Below, in pieces: positions 1 to 11,231 of a stretch of DNA of 64,000 bases (its first letter is position 1; each line of letters starts with the position of its first letter). A program made the position numbers and the translations under genes. The DNA is from an uncultured Gemmatimonadaceae bacterium (GTDB lineage Bacteria; Gemmatimonadota; Gemmatimonadetes; Gemmatimonadales; Gemmatimonadaceae): NCBI GenBank assembly GCA_963843845.1, contig CAWJMB010000002.1, forward strand, positions 3,200,001-3,264,000, given 5' to 3'. A model generated the notes under the pieces. It was given only the letters and a program-made list of their open reading frames with translations, was not told the DNA's origin and ran no database searches.

Positions 1-2
1 AC

Positions 3-1532
3 CAGGGCTACGACAGCTACCGCGTCCACAGCGGCTCGCGAAAGGACTTCGCGACGTTCGTCGGTGACTTCCGCCCGTCGGACCGGCGCACGATCTCCAC
101 CTACCTCGCGTACTCGCACTCGCGCGACGACCGCGCCGGGCAGTTGGACAGCGCGCGCTTCTTCACGCACCAGAACGCCGGCGAGGCGCTCTACCTGAAC
201 AACGACGCGCACGTCGACATGGAAGGGTTCCGCGCCGGCGTCACGCACAGCTACCGCGTGAGCGACGCGCTCGAGCCGGTCGTGACCGCGTACTACTCGG
301 GGACGACGCGCGAGGACGTGTTCGCCGCCGGCGTGAACCCGAAGTCGGGGCAGACGTTCGGCGCGCGCGCCGTCGCGAACACCCGCTTCGCGCCGTCGGC
401 GCTCGGCGGTCGTGCGCTCACCGGCACCACGGGGGCCGAGTTCGAGAAGACGAACGTGTTCGTGAAGGGCTACGGCTACACCAACACGGTGCTCGGCGGG
501 ATCACGAGCGACCTGGAGACGCACACGATGCAGTACAACGCGTTCTCCCAGTGGGACCTCGCGCTGCCGGCGGACCTCACGCTGACCGGCGGGGCGAGCG
601 TCAACTTCATCGAGTACGCGATCGTCGACCGGCTCGCGAACACGGCGAACCCGACACGCAAGAGCGTCTCGGGGCGGAAGACGTACGACCCGGTCGTGAC
701 GCCGCGCGTCGCACTCCGCAAGTCGTTCGGCGACGCGCTGTCGGCCTACGCGAGCGTGAGCCAGGGCTACACTCCGGCGACGTCGAGCGACGCGGTGATC
801 CAGTTCACCGGACAGGCGAACGAGGGGTTGAAGCCGGAGCGCGGCACGCTCTACGAGGTCGGCACGAAGGGGAGCGTCGTCGGCCGGCGGCTGTCGTATC
901 AGCTCGCGCTCTTCGATCTGCGCGTGCGCGACAAGCTGGTCAGTCAGGGGGTGTTCAACGCGACCGGTACGCAGCTGTACGCGTACACGGTCAACGGCGG
1001 CGACCAGTCGAACAAGGGGCTCGAGCTGGCCGCGGCGTTCGCGGTCGTCGACCGGCCGGCCGAGCCGGTGACAGCGGTACGCCCGTTCGTGTCGTACAGC
1101 CACTCCGACTTCACGTACACGAACTTCAAGAGCGACAACAACAACAACGCGCGCACCGTGAACTACAGCGGCAACCGCGTCGTCGGCGTGCCGAAGAACG
1201 TGCTCGCCGGCGGCGTGGACGTCGGCGTGCGCGGTGGCGGCTACGCGAACGTCACGGTCGAGCACCGCGACGGCCAGCCGATCACCTACGACAACCTGCG
1301 CAACGCGCCGGCGTACACCCTGCTCAACGCCAAGCTGGGCGTGGCGCGCGACGTCGGCCGGTCGTTCACCGTCGACGCCTACGTCGGCGGCAACAACCTG
1401 ACGGGCGCGCTCTACTACACGATGGTGTTCCTGAACGCGAACTTCGCGACGACCACGCCGCCGGCGATCTACCTGCCCGGCCCGTACAACGCCCGCTTCT
1501 ACGCCGGCCTCAAGCTCGGGCTGCACCAGTGA
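3..1532 (+). CDS. TonB-dependent outer-membrane receptor (5' end outside window)
   Basis: Frame is open from position 3 to TGA 1530-1532. Amphipathic beta-strands, 'LKPERGTLYEVGTK' and 'PAYTLLNAKLG...GGNNLTG' TBDR-like segments; lies directly upstream of an iron/heme ABC set. Confidence 0.85.
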   Translation, partial: QGYDSYRVHSGSRKDFATFVGDFRPSDRRTISTYLAYSHSRDDRAGQLDSARFFTHQNAGEALYLNNDAHVDMEGFRAGVTHSYRVSDALEPVVTAYYSGTTREDVFAAGVNPKSGQTFGARAVANTRFAPSALGGRALTGTTGAEFEKTNVFVKGYGYTNTVLGGITSDLETHTMQYNAFSQWDLALPADLTLTGGASVNFIEYAIVDRLANTANPTRKSVSGRKTYDPVVTPRVALRKSFGDALSAYASVSQGYTPATSSDAVIQFTGQANEGLKPERGTLYEVGTKGSVVGRRLSYQLALFDLRVRDKLVSQGVFNATGTQLYAYTVNGGDQSNKGLELAAAFAVVDRPAEPVTAVRPFVSYSHSDFTYTNFKSDNNNNARTVNYSGNRVVGVPKNVLAGGVDVGVRGGGYANVTVEHRDGQPITYDNLRNAPAYTLLNAKLGVARDVGRSFTVDAYVGGNNLTGALYYTMVFLNANFATTTPPAIYLPGPYNARFYAGLKLGLHQ

Positions 1533-2464
1533 GCGGGCGAGCCGTGATCCCGCGCCGGGCGACGGCGGCCGCGCTGCTCGGCGCGGCGCTGGTCGCAGCG
1601 GCGGCGTGCGGGCGCTTCGGCAACGCCGACGCGAAGGCCGATCGCCAGCGCCGCATCATCTCGACGGCGAAGCAGTACACCGAGATCCTGTACGCGTTGG
1701 GCGCCGACTCCGACCTCGTCGCCGTCGACGTGTCGAGCGTGTATCCCGCCGAGGCGAAGAAGCTGCCGACGGTCGGCTATCACCGCGCGCTGTCGCTCGA
1801 AGGGATGCTCTCGGCCAAGCCGACGCTGATCCTCACGAGCGGGCCGGACAACATGGGGCCGGAGCCGGTCGTGCGGCAGCTCGAGGCGCTCAAGATCCCG
1901 GTCAAGATGTTCACGACCCGGACGAGCGACATCGAGGGGGCGAAGAACCTCGTTCGCGAGATGGGCGCCTACTTCCACAAGGAGGCGCGCGCCGACTCGC
2001 TGAACGCGAAGCTCGATGCCGACATGGCGCGGGCGATGCGCGCGGCCGCTCAGCGCCCCGACACGCCGACCGTGGCGATCATTCACTACGGCCACGCGAT
2101 GAATGTCTACCTCACGATGACCGGCAAGTCGGTCGCGTCGCAGATGGTGCAGTGGGCCGGGGGCCGCATGGCGCTGAACGACTCAGGAGGCATGAAGCAG
2201 CTCACGTCGCCGGAAGTGCTCGCGAAGGCGAACCCGGACGTCATCCTGCTCACCGAGTTCGGCTACGACCGGCTCGCGGGGCCCACGGACATTCTCGCGC
2301 TCCCCGGCGTCGCGGCGACGAAGGCGGCGCGGAGCGGTCGCATCTTCCGGATCGAGGAGCAGGACCTCATCTACCTCGGGCCGCGCACCGGCGAGAACGT
2401 GGAGCGGCTGCGCACGCTCATTCACCAACCGGGGACGCTCGGCGCGGTCGCGACGACGCCGTAA
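1529..2464 (+). CDS. ABC transporter substrate-binding lipoprotein, heme/iron-siderophore/B12 (HmuT/BtuF-like)
   Basis: GTGA overlap with the receptor stop; lipobox-like AAAAC; 'TEILYALG...VAVDVSSVYP...LPTVGYHRALSLEG'. This is the C-terminal part of track ORF 551..2464. Confidence 0.85.
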   Translation: MSGRAVIPRRATAAALLGAALVAAAACGRFGNADAKADRQRRIISTAKQYTEILYALGADSDLVAVDVSSVYPAEAKKLPTVGYHRALSLEGMLSAKPTLILTSGPDNMGPEPVVRQLEALKIPVKMFTTRTSDIEGAKNLVREMGAYFHKEARADSLNAKLDADMARAMRAAAQRPDTPTVAIIHYGHAMNVYLTMTGKSVASQMVQWAGGRMALNDSGGMKQLTSPEVLAKANPDVILLTEFGYDRLAGPTDILALPGVAATKAARSGRIFRIEEQDLIYLGPRTGENVERLRTLIHQPGTLGAVATTP

Positions 2465-2465
2465 C

Positions 2466-3515
2466 GTGCCGACCGCCTCGGCGCCGGCGTTAGGCAGGCA
2501 CTACCGGGGCGTCGTCCCGACGCTCGCGGTCGCGCTCGCGCTCGTCACGCTCGCGTCCATCCGCTGGGGCGCGGTGTCGATCGAACCGGCGCAGATGGCG
2601 AGCGCGCTGCGGAAGGTGTGGACGGCGCCGGAGACGATGGGGCTCGACGAGCGGATCTTCGTCGAGATCCGCCTTCCCCGCGCGCTGCTCACCGTGTTCG
2701 TGGGCGCGAGCCTCGCGGTCGGCGGGGTGCTGATGCAGGCACTCTTTCGCAACCCGATCGTCGAGCCGGGACTCGTCGGCACGTCGAGCGGGGCGGCGTT
2801 CGGGGCGGCGCTGTACTTCGTGCTCGGCGCCTCGTTTCACTACCACGCCGGCGAGTGGACGCTCCCGCTCGCCGCCTGCGCCGGCGGCATGCTCGCGACG
2901 TGGCTCGTGTTCGTGCTGTCGCGCTCGAACACCCCGGGGCGGAGCTCGGTGATCGCCCTGCTGCTCACCGGGATCGCGATCAACGCGCTGTTCATGAGCG
3001 GCGTCGGCTTCCTGTCGTACATGGCGCGCGACCCGCAGGCGCGCTCGATCACGTTCTGGAACCTCGGCACGCTCGCCGGCGCGAGCTGGACGGCGGTGGT
3101 GATCGTCGGCACGTCGACCCTCGTCTGCGTGACGATCGGGCTTCGCTACGGGCGCCACCTGAACGCGCTCATGATCGGCGAGGAGGACGCGCGGTATCTG
3201 GGCGTCGACGTGCGGCGTCTCAAGACGATCATCCTGCTGATCAACGTCATGATGGTCGCGATCGCGACGGCGTTCACCGGCGTCATCGCGTTCGTCGGGC
3301 TGATCGTGCCGCACCTGCTCCGCCTGCTCCGCGGCGCCGACAACCGCTTCCTCATGCTCGGCGGCATGCTGCTCGGCGGGATCCTGTTGGGCCTCGCCGA
3401 CCTCGCCGCCCGGCTGCTGCTCGCGCCGGCCGAGCTGCCGATCGGGATCGTGACGTCGGCCGTGGGCGTGCCGGTCTTCGTCGCGCTGCTGCGGCAGCGG
3501 CGCACGTACTTCTGA
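2466..3515 (+). CDS. FecCD/HmuU-family ABC permease
   Basis: 'IRLPRALL', 'QALFRNPIVEPGLVGTSSGAAFG', 'GVIAFVGLIVPH', 'ELPIGIVT'. Confidence 0.92.
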   Translation: MPTASAPALGRHYRGVVPTLAVALALVTLASIRWGAVSIEPAQMASALRKVWTAPETMGLDERIFVEIRLPRALLTVFVGASLAVGGVLMQALFRNPIVEPGLVGTSSGAAFGAALYFVLGASFHYHAGEWTLPLAACAGGMLATWLVFVLSRSNTPGRSSVIALLLTGIAINALFMSGVGFLSYMARDPQARSITFWNLGTLAGASWTAVVIVGTSTLVCVTIGLRYGRHLNALMIGEEDARYLGVDVRRLKTIILLINVMMVAIATAFTGVIAFVGLIVPHLLRLLRGADNRFLMLGGMLLGGILLGLADLAARLLLAPAELPIGIVTSAVGVPVFVALLRQRRTYF

Positions 3516-3516
3516 C

Positions 3517-4296
3517 GTGGCACTCACGGCGGCGGGCGTCTCGTTCGCGGTCGACGGCCGCGCGCTGCTGAGCGAGGTCTCGGTCGCCTTCGAGGCGTCG
3601 TCGTTAGGCCTGGTCGTCGGACCGAACGGGGCGGGCAAGTCGACGCTCGTGAAGGTGCTCTGCCGCCAGCTCGCGCCGGACGCGGGCGAGGTGCGCTACG
3701 GCGGCCGGGCGTTAGGCGCCTGGTCGGACGCGGAGCTGGCGACGGTGCGCGCCGTGCTGTCGCAGAGCGTGGAGCTGGCGTTCCCGCTCCGCGTCTGGGA
3801 GGTGGTGATGATGGGGCGCTACCCGCACTTCACCGGGCGCCCCGGAGGGAAAGACGAGCGGGCGTGCGAGGAGGCGATGCGCTTCTTCGACGTCTGGGCG
3901 TGGGCGGACCGCAACTACCTCACGCTCTCCGGCGGCGAGCGGCAGCGGGTGCAGTTCGCGCGCGTCATGGCGCAGATCTGGGACTCGGCGCCCGGCCGGA
4001 CGCGCTATCTCGTGCTCGACGAGCCGCTGACGTTCCTCGACATCCGCTACCAGTTCGAGTTCATGCGCCGCGTGCGCGAGCTGATGCAGGCGGGCGACCT
4101 CGTCGTCGTCGGCGTCGTGCACGACCTCAACCTCGCGGCGCGCTTCGCCGACCACCTCGTGCTCGTGCACGAGGGCCGCGCACTCGCCTCGGGCGCGCCG
4201 GCGGACGTCCTCACGCCCGAGTTGATCGAACAGGCCTTCGGGATCCGACCCACCGTGCACAGCGTCGGCGGGCGGCTGCATCTGCTGTTCGAATAG
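3517..4296 (+). CDS. hmuV: Heme/iron ABC transporter ATP-binding protein (HmuV-like)
   Basis: Walker A GPNGAGKST, LSGGERQRVQFARV, LDEP, HDLNLA. Confidence 0.85.
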   Translation: MALTAAGVSFAVDGRALLSEVSVAFEASSLGLVVGPNGAGKSTLVKVLCRQLAPDAGEVRYGGRALGAWSDAELATVRAVLSQSVELAFPLRVWEVVMMGRYPHFTGRPGGKDERACEEAMRFFDVWAWADRNYLTLSGGERQRVQFARVMAQIWDSAPGRTRYLVLDEPLTFLDIRYQFEFMRRVRELMQAGDLVVVGVVHDLNLAARFADHLVLVHEGRALASGAPADVLTPELIEQAFGIRPTVHSVGGRLHLLFE

Positions 4297-4315
4297 CGCG
4301 GGGAAACCCCGTCTC

Positions 4316-6094
4316 CTAGAAGTTCGCCGCGTCGAGCGCCATGAGCGGCTCGGCGCCCGCCGCGATCGTCGTCGCCAGCGACGACGTCTGCGGCAGCAGC
4401 TTCGTGAAGTAGAAGCGCGCCGTCTTGAGCTTGGCGTCGTGGAACGCGTCGTCCTTGCCGGCGCGCGATCCGGGCCATGCGGAGCCACATCCAGCCGGTC
4501 GCGACGAGGCCGAACATGCGGAGGTAGTCGGTCGCCGCGGCGCCGGCCTCGTCGTGGTTCGCGACGGCCTTGTTCATCACCGTCATCGTCGCCTCCTGCA
4601 GCCGGCGCAACGACTCGCCTAGCGCCGTCGCCATCTCGGCGAGCGCGGGGGTCGGCCTGCGCCTCCTTCACCGTCTTCTGCACCAGCGGAAGGAAGCGGC
4701 GGATGCAGGCGGCCGTTCCCCTCCGGCATCTTGCGGCCGATGAGGTCCATCGCCTGCACGCCGTTCGTGCCCTCGTAGATCTGCGCGATGCGCGCGTCGC
4801 GCACGAACTGCTCGATGCCGTACTCGCGGATGTAGCCGTGTCCGCCGAGGCACTGCAGGCCGAGGTTCGCGACCTCGAAGCCGGTGTCGGTGAGGAACGC
4901 CTTGATGATCGGCGTCATCAGCGCGACGAGGTCCGCCGCCTCCTGCCGCACGGCGTCGTCGGGGTGCTTCTCCTCGACGTCGATGAGCTGCCCGACCCAG
5001 TACGCGAGCGCGCGCATGCCCCTCGACGTACGCCTTCATCGTGAGCAGCATGCGGCGCACGTCGGGGTGGACGATGATCGGGTCGGCCTCGCCCGCCGGG
5101 TTCTTCGCGCCGGTGAGCGCGCGTCCCTGCAGGCGATCCTTCGCGTACGCGAGCGCGTTCTGGTACGCGACCTCGGCGAGCCCGAGCCCCTGCATGCCGA
5201 CGCCGAGCCGCGCGCCGTTCATCATCGTGAACATCGCGCGCATGCCCTTGTGCGGCTCGCCGACCAGCCAGCCCTTCGCGCCGTCGAAGTTGATGACGCA
5301 CGTCGCGTTCGCCTTGATGCCCATCTTGTGCTCGATGGAGCCGCAGGTGACGCCGTTCGCGGTGCCGATCGCCGCCTTCCTCGGTGGGCAGGAACTTGGG
5401 CACGAGGAACAGCGAGATGCCCTTCGTGCCGGCGGGCGCGTCGGGCAGCCTCGCGAGCACGAGGTGCACGATGTTCTCGGTCAGGTCGTGCTCGCCGGCG
5501 GAGATGAAGATCTTCGTGCCGGTGACAGGTGTACGCGCCGTCGCCGGCCGGCACGGCCTTCGTGCGGATGATGCCGAGGTCGGTGCCGGCGTGCGGCTCG
5601 GTGAGGCACATCGTGCCGGCCCACGTGCCGTCGATGAGCTTCGGCAGGAAGCGCTGCTTCAGCTCCGCGTCGCCCCACCGCTCGAGCGCGATCGCCGCGC
5701 CGTGGCCGAGCTCCGGATACATGCTGAACGAGAGGTTCGCCGAGCAGAGCATCTCGTCGAACACGAAGCGGGTGAGGTGCGGCAGCCCCTGGCCGCCGTA
5801 CTCGGCGGGGCCGGTCATCGCCGGCCAGCCGCCGCTCACGAACTGCTCGTACGCCTCCTTGAAGCCGGCCGGCGTGCGCACGTCGCCGTTCTCGTAGTGG
5901 CACCCCTCGGCGTCCCCCGACTGGTTGAGCGGCGCGAGCACGTCCTCGCACACCGTCGCGCCTTCCTGCAGCACGGCGAGCAGCGTGTCGGGCGTCGCGT
6001 CCTCGTAGCCGGGGAGCGTGGACAGCTGCTCGACGTCGAGCACGTCGTTCAGCACGAAGCGGATGTCGTCGAGCGGGGCCTTGTAACTGGGCAT
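4316..6094 (-). CDS. Acyl-CoA dehydrogenase (long, ~590 aa type), broken by several 1-nt frameshifts
   Basis: Consecutive fragments in changing frames: [80 protein letters not shown], ..MALDAANF*. Shifts near ~5528, ~5370, ~5020, ~4700, ~4650 and ~4465. Confidence 0.85.
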
Positions 6095-6349
6095 GGACGC
6101 GGAGCCTCGGAGAGCGGCGGTGCCGAACACTGTTCGGCAGGAAATCTGGAACGTCTGGACGCGCCGAGCAAGCCCCGGAGGTGCGGTACGGCACTGCGGG
6201 CGCGACAGTTCGCCGCGAGGCGCGCGGCGACGCCGAGAACACGACTCGCCGAGCCAACGAACCATTTCCTGCCGAGATTGCGCGGTGCATAGTGGGCCGC
6301 GCTGAAACGCGCGCTCGTCCCCCGATGCACTTCGACCCCGGAGCTGCTC

Positions 6350-7321
6350 ATGTCTCGACTCGGTCGTCCGCTCTTGCCATCGATCGCCGCGACACTCGTC
6401 TTCGCGGCGGTCGCTCAGGCGCAGACCGTCGTCGGCGCGTTCGCTGGGAGCTACTCCGCGATCTCGCTCGGCTCCGCCAGCGGAGTGCCAGGGAGCTACG
6501 GCGGCCTCACGTTTCTGGCGGGGGACCCGAACACGCTGCTCCTCGGCGGCAGCGCGAACAGTCCGAGCGGCGCGGTCTATCGCATCGGCCTGACACGCGA
6601 CGCGATGAACCGCGTGACCGGCTTCAGCGGGCCGGCGACGCTGTTCTCGACCGCACCGACCATCGACGGCGGACTCGCGTACGGCCCGGGGGGCGTGCTG
6701 TTCTACACCGGGTACAGCAGCAACCTGGTCGGCCAGATCGAGCCGGGGAGCAGTGCGCCAGACCGCGTCGACAACGTGAGCACGCTCGTCGCCGGCTCGG
6801 TCGGCGGGCTCGGCTTCATCCCGACCGGCTTCGCCAACGCCGGTCAGGGCGTGGTCGTGTCCTACTCGGCCAACAGCTACCGCCGCTTCACCACGACGCC
6901 CGACGGGTCGGGAACGTTCACGCTCGCGCCGGCGCCGGGATCGATGGAGATCACACTCGCGGGCGGGTTGCCCGAGGGGATCGCCTGGGTGCCGCTCGGC
7001 TCCGCGCTCTTCACCAACCCGTCGATTCTGATCTCCGAGTTCGGAGGCGGCCGAATCAGCACGTACGAGCTCGACGCGAATGGCGATCCGAACCTCTCAA
7101 CACGTCGCGTCTTCATCGACGGACTGAGTGGCGCCGAAGGCGCCGCGATCGACCCGCTCACCGGCGACTTCTTCTTCAGCACGTTCGGCGGCAGCGATCA
7201 GGTCATACGGGTGTCGGGATTCGCCTCGGTGGCGGCCGTGCCGGAACCCGCGACCGTGCTGCTCCTCGGTACCGGTCTCGCCGGGCTCGGGCTCGCCGCG
7301 CGCCGTCGCCGCACCGCCTGA
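6350..7321 (+). CDS. PEP-CTERM sorting-signal surface protein (beta-propeller-like)
   Basis: Signal peptide ending AQA; C-terminal VPEP + hydrophobic helix + RRRR. Confidence 0.9.
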   Translation: MSRLGRPLLPSIAATLVFAAVAQAQTVVGAFAGSYSAISLGSASGVPGSYGGLTFLAGDPNTLLLGGSANSPSGAVYRIGLTRDAMNRVTGFSGPATLFSTAPTIDGGLAYGPGGVLFYTGYSSNLVGQIEPGSSAPDRVDNVSTLVAGSVGGLGFIPTGFANAGQGVVVSYSANSYRRFTTTPDGSGTFTLAPAPGSMEITLAGGLPEGIAWVPLGSALFTNPSILISEFGGGRISTYELDANGDPNLSTRRVFIDGLSGAEGAAIDPLTGDFFFSTFGGSDQVIRVSGFASVAAVPEPATVLLLGTGLAGLGLAARRRRTA

Positions 7322-7350
7322 TCGTGGCTGAGCTCCGGCCTGCCATACGG

Positions 7351-7398
7351 CCTGACGCGCGCTGACGCGCGCTGACGCGCGCTGACGCGCGCTGACGC
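7351..7398. repeat. 10-bp tandem repeat (gctgacgcgc) x ~5
   Basis: Directly visible in the sequence. Confidence 0.9.
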
Positions 7399-7401
7399 AG
7401 C

Positions 7402-7438
7402 AAGGTCGCCGGCGGGGAGCTTCTCCGCCGGCGACCTT
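7402..7438. terminator. GC-rich hairpin between convergent genes (likely bidirectional terminator)
   Basis: aaggtcgccggcgg...ccgccggcgacctt inverted repeat. Confidence 0.65.
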
Positions 7439-7458
7439 CGTCGTTCCAGACGATCAGC

Positions 7459-7674
7459 TCACAGCTTGTACGGATCCCACGTCGCCGCCTCGTAGGCCGA
7501 CCAGAGGTGCATCAGCCAGCCGAGCGTGCCGAAGGAGAGGAGCCAGAGCGCGCCGCTGAGCAGCAGGTGCCAGAGCGCCTTCCCCATCCGTCCCTGCGTG
7601 AGCTGGCCGAGCCCCGGGATGAACAGGCTGCAGATCGCCGCGATGACGTTGGCCGTCGAACCCTTTCCTGCCAC
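7459..7674 (-). CDS. Small membrane protein (71 aa, SLFIPGLGQ motif)
   Basis: GTG start preceded by GGAGG; 'AAICSLFIPGLGQLTQGRMGKALW...HLWSAYEAA'. This is the C-terminal end of track ORF 7459..8847. Confidence 0.75.
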   Translation of the reverse strand: MAGKGSTANVIAAICSLFIPGLGQLTQGRMGKALWHLLLSGALWLLSFGTLGWLMHLWSAYEAATWDPYKL

Positions 7675-7800
7675 GGTGCCCCTCCGCTGTTCGGTACGTG
7701 GATCGTGCGAGGGTCCGTACGTACGCCGGACGAGAAAGTGCCAGCGAGAACGTGACAGCGCAGTGAAGCGCGGCGTGGTGCCGGTCGACACTGGCAGACG

Positions 7801-9084
7801 ATGCCTCGTCGAGCGCCTCGTCACCCGCCCCCGCCGCTGTTCACGCGCCCCCCGCACCATGCGTTCACCGGGCACCGGCTCGGGCGCGCCGTGCTCGCCT
7901 ACGTCGGATGCGTCATCGGGGTCATCACGCTGGCGCCGTTCTCGTTCGCGGCCCCATCCACCCGGCACGTGCTGTGGTGGTCGCCGGACAGCCTGATCGA
8001 TCCGGTGGCGAACGTGGCGCTCTTTCTGCCGTTCGGCTTTCTCTACGCGCTCATGCGCTCGGCGGCCGACGCGGGGACGGCCGAGGCAGACGAGCGCACA
8101 CTGCGCCGCGGCGCGTTCCTCGGCTGCCTCGCCAGTTCGACGATCGAGCTGGTGCAACTGTTCGAGCCCGACCGCTATCCGTCGCCGGCCGACGTCGTGA
8201 CGAATACGATCGGCGCGGCACTCGGCGTGTGGCTCTTCCACCGGGCGGCGCGCCGGCTGGTGGTGGACGGCACCGTCGTCGGTCGGCTGGGACTGGAGCT
8301 TCCACTCATGGGGCTCGCCTACCTCGTGATCCCGCTCGCCGCGCTCGCCGCGCTCACGGCCCACGGCAGCGCCGCGGCGACGCCGCTCGGCGTGCTGCCG
8401 GACGGGTGGGGACTCGTCGCGCTCGCGCTGTTCGGCGGGACACTGCTCGGGGAGGTGCAGCGCCGCCACTTCGGGCCGAACGGCGCCGTGTCGCGGCTCG
8501 GGATCGCGGCGCTGGGCGGGGCCGGCTTCGCGGCCGGCGCGTTCCCGGCGATCGCCACGGCGTCTGCCGCGTTCACCGTCGCGACGGTCGCGGCGGCCAT
8601 GGCCGCGTGGTGGCGTGGCGCGGACGTCGACGGCGTGACGCCGATCGAGCGACGGTTCGAGAGCGAGGCGCTCGGGCGCGCCGCGCCGTGGTTCGCCGGC
8701 TATCTCCTCCTCGTCCCGACGATCGCGCCGAGCGCGGCGCTCGGCAAAGTCGCCATTCTGCGCGACGTCGAATCGCTCGCCGCGTTCACCGTGCTCGGCT
8801 ACCTGCTCGCCGAGGCGTGGGGGCGGCTCGAGCTGCGCTATCGGCACACGGCGTGGCGGATCGCGCTGATCGGCGGGGCGGCGGCGCTGACGCAGCAGGC
8901 GCTACGCCACGGTGCGGCATTCACGTACGACGTGCTGCCGTCGGTCGCCGCGCACCTGGTGTCGGCAGCGTACGGCGGGTGGATCTATCACTTGCAGCGG
9001 GCACACGTGTGGGCGCTCGTCGCGGTGCGGCGCGTGGAGCGGGCGGCGCCGGTGCCGGCTGCGAGCGTGCGCCGCCGGGCCTGA
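7801..9084 (+). CDS. VanZ-family multi-pass membrane protein
   Basis: 'DPVANVALFLPFGF...SSTIELVQLFEPDRYPSPADVVTNTIGAALG'. Confidence 0.8.
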   Translation: MPRRAPRHPPPPLFTRPPHHAFTGHRLGRAVLAYVGCVIGVITLAPFSFAAPSTRHVLWWSPDSLIDPVANVALFLPFGFLYALMRSAADAGTAEADERTLRRGAFLGCLASSTIELVQLFEPDRYPSPADVVTNTIGAALGVWLFHRAARRLVVDGTVVGRLGLELPLMGLAYLVIPLAALAALTAHGSAAATPLGVLPDGWGLVALALFGGTLLGEVQRRHFGPNGAVSRLGIAALGGAGFAAGAFPAIATASAAFTVATVAAAMAAWWRGADVDGVTPIERRFESEALGRAAPWFAGYLLLVPTIAPSAALGKVAILRDVESLAAFTVLGYLLAEAWGRLELRYRHTAWRIALIGGAAALTQQALRHGAAFTYDVLPSVAAHLVSAAYGGWIYHLQRAHVWALVAVRRVERAAPVPAASVRRRA

Positions 9085-9118
9085 CACGAGCCGACCGACG
9101 GTCGGCGTCAGCCAGCCG

Positions 9119-9610
9119 TCAGAGCAGTGCCGCGTGCCACGACTCGCGGGCAGGACGCTCGAAGCGCGTGCGCCAGTCGCCCGCCGTCGTGACGCCGAGG
9201 TCGAAGACCGGCGAGTCGACGCCCCACGCGCCGGCGGCGGCCTGCGCCTTCGCGTCGCCGCGGGCGCCCGTCTGTACGGCGCCGGCGCCGTCCCGCCAGT
9301 AGACGCGCGACGCCCCGCCCAGCAGCGTCGTGCCGAGCGACGGCTCGATGCCTTGCAGGCGGCGGAACAGCCCGTCGATCGAGCAGCCCGACGCGCCGGC
9401 GGTCGACTGGTCGACGGCGACGGCGAGGAAGCGGTCGTCGCGCCAGTCGCGGGCCGCACGCAATGGCGCGCCGTGCGCGGCCCACGACGCGAGGAAGGCG
9501 TCGACTTCGCGCAGCAGCGTCGTCGACTGCGCGTCTGAGAGAGGAGCGGCGGCGGCGAACACCCAGAGTCGCGCGTCGTCGGGGAGCGTCTCGAACGGAA
9601 CGGAAGGCAT
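9119..9610 (-). CDS. Conserved hypothetical protein (LPDDARLW...WAAHG...SGCSID motifs)
   Basis: Coherent globular ORF with host codon usage and conserved-looking WAAHG and SGCSIDG motifs. Confidence 0.7.
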   Translation of the reverse strand: MPSVPFETLPDDARLWVFAAAAPLSDAQSTTLLREVDAFLASWAAHGAPLRAARDWRDDRFLAVAVDQSTAGASGCSIDGLFRRLQGIEPSLGTTLLGGASRVYWRDGAGAVQTGARGDAKAQAAAGAWGVDSPVFDLGVTTAGDWRTRFERPARESWHAALL

Positions 9611-9655
9611 GCACGGAATCTACGCACCGGTCGCCTGACGATTACCGTACCGCGC

Positions 9656-11231
9656 ATGCCCCACTTTCCCCAGCTCGTCGTCGCCATCGCGTTCGCGGCG
9701 CTCGTCGTCGCGCTGACCGCGGTCGCGCGCCGGCTGCCGGTGCCGACGCCGATTCTGCAAGTCGCCGCCGGGCTGCTCGTCGCGCTGCTGCCGGGGGTCG
9801 CGGTGCCGGAGCTGGAGCCGGACATCGTGTTCTTCGTCTTCCTGCCGCCGGTGCTGTGGGCGGCGGCGTTCTTCACGTCGTTTCGCGAGTTCAAGGCGAA
9901 CCGGCGTCCGATCGCGCTGCTCGCGATCGGGCTCGTCGTCGCGACGACCGGTGGTGGTCGCGATCGTGGCGCGGGCGCTGATCCCTGGGATGCCGTGGGC
10001 GGTGGCGATCGCGTTGGGCGCCATCGTCTCGCCGCCGGACGCGGTGGCGGCGACGGCGATCGTCTCGCGACTGCCGGTGCCGCACCGCGTGATCGTCGTG
10101 CTCGAAGGGGAGAGCCTCGTCAACGACGCGTCGGCGCTGGTGCTCTATCGCACCGCGGTCGCCGCGGCGGTGACGGGGGCGTTCAGCTGGGGCGAGTCGG
10201 TCGTTCGCTTCTTCATCGACGCGGGGGTCGGCGCGCTCGTCGGCATCGCGGTGTCGCTCGTCGTCATGCGCGTGCTGCGGTGGACGCGCGACCCGCTCGC
10301 CGAGACGCTGCTGACGCTCGCCGCGCCGTACGTCGCCTGGATCGCCGCCGAGACGATGCACGTCTCGGCCGTGCTCGCGTGCGTGGCGGGGGGGCTGTAC
10401 ATGCGGAGCCGATTCTCGACGGCCGTGTCGCCGGCGTCGCGCATCCAGACCCGTGCCGTGTGGGACCTCGTCGTGTTCACGCTGAACGCGATGATCTTCC
10501 TGTTGCTCGGTCTCGAGTTCGGCGCGCTCGTGCGGTCGACGTCGGCGAGCGAGCTGCTGCCGGTGGCGCGCGTCGGCGCCGTGATCGGCGTCGTGGCGAT
10601 CGTCGTGCGGCTCGTGTGGGTGCCGGTCGCGACGATCCTGCCGCGAACGTTCAGCGCGACGATGCGGCGGCTCGATCCGACGCCGTCGTGGAAGCCGGTG
10701 TTTCTCATCTCGTGGACGAGCATGCGCGGCATCGTGTCTCTCGCCACGGCGCTCGCGCTGCCGCGCGTGCTCGCCGACGGGCGGCCGTTTCCGTTCCGCG
10801 AGCAGGTGCTGGTCATCACGATGTGCGTCATCGTGCTGACGCTCGTCGTGCAGGGGCTCTCACTCGCGCCGCTCATCCGCGCGTTCGCGTTCGCGCCGGA
10901 CCACACGCATCACGACGAAGAGCGGCTCGCCCGTGTGGAGGCCGCGCGGCGCGGCGCCGAGGCGCTCGAGGATCTGTCGCGCGAATCGTGGGTGGATCCG
11001 CGCGACGTCGAATGGCTGCGCACGGAGCTGCGCGACCGGCTGCGGCTGCTCGAGCACGCCGGCGGCACGCCCGCGGGACGGCGGCGCCTGCGCGGCGAGA
11101 TGCGGCGCGCCGAGCGGCGGATGCTCGTGCGGCTGCGGAACGAGGGAGCGATCTCGGACGACGTGATGCGTTCGCTCGAGCAGGAGCTCGACCTCGAGGC
11201 GGTGCGATTCGGTGCGGGGAGCGGTGCCTAA
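9656..11231 (+). CDS. Na+/H+ antiporter, CPA1/NhaP family (frameshift near 9950)
   Basis: ORF 9656 (FLPPVLW) joins ORF 9951 (LGAIVSPPDAVA, LEGESLVNDASALV, MRGIVSLATALALP). Confidence 0.9.

Noticed and set aside
4316..6094. Acyl-CoA dehydrogenase as a true pseudogene or programmed frameshift
   Set aside because: All motifs are intact, no slippery sites are evident, and similar indels occur window-wide; sequencing error is more likely, though unproven.
7351..7398. Short repeat run as a possible CRISPR array
   Set aside because: Contiguous 10-bp units with no spacers and no cas genes. The same applies to 11223-11263 and 55541-55732.
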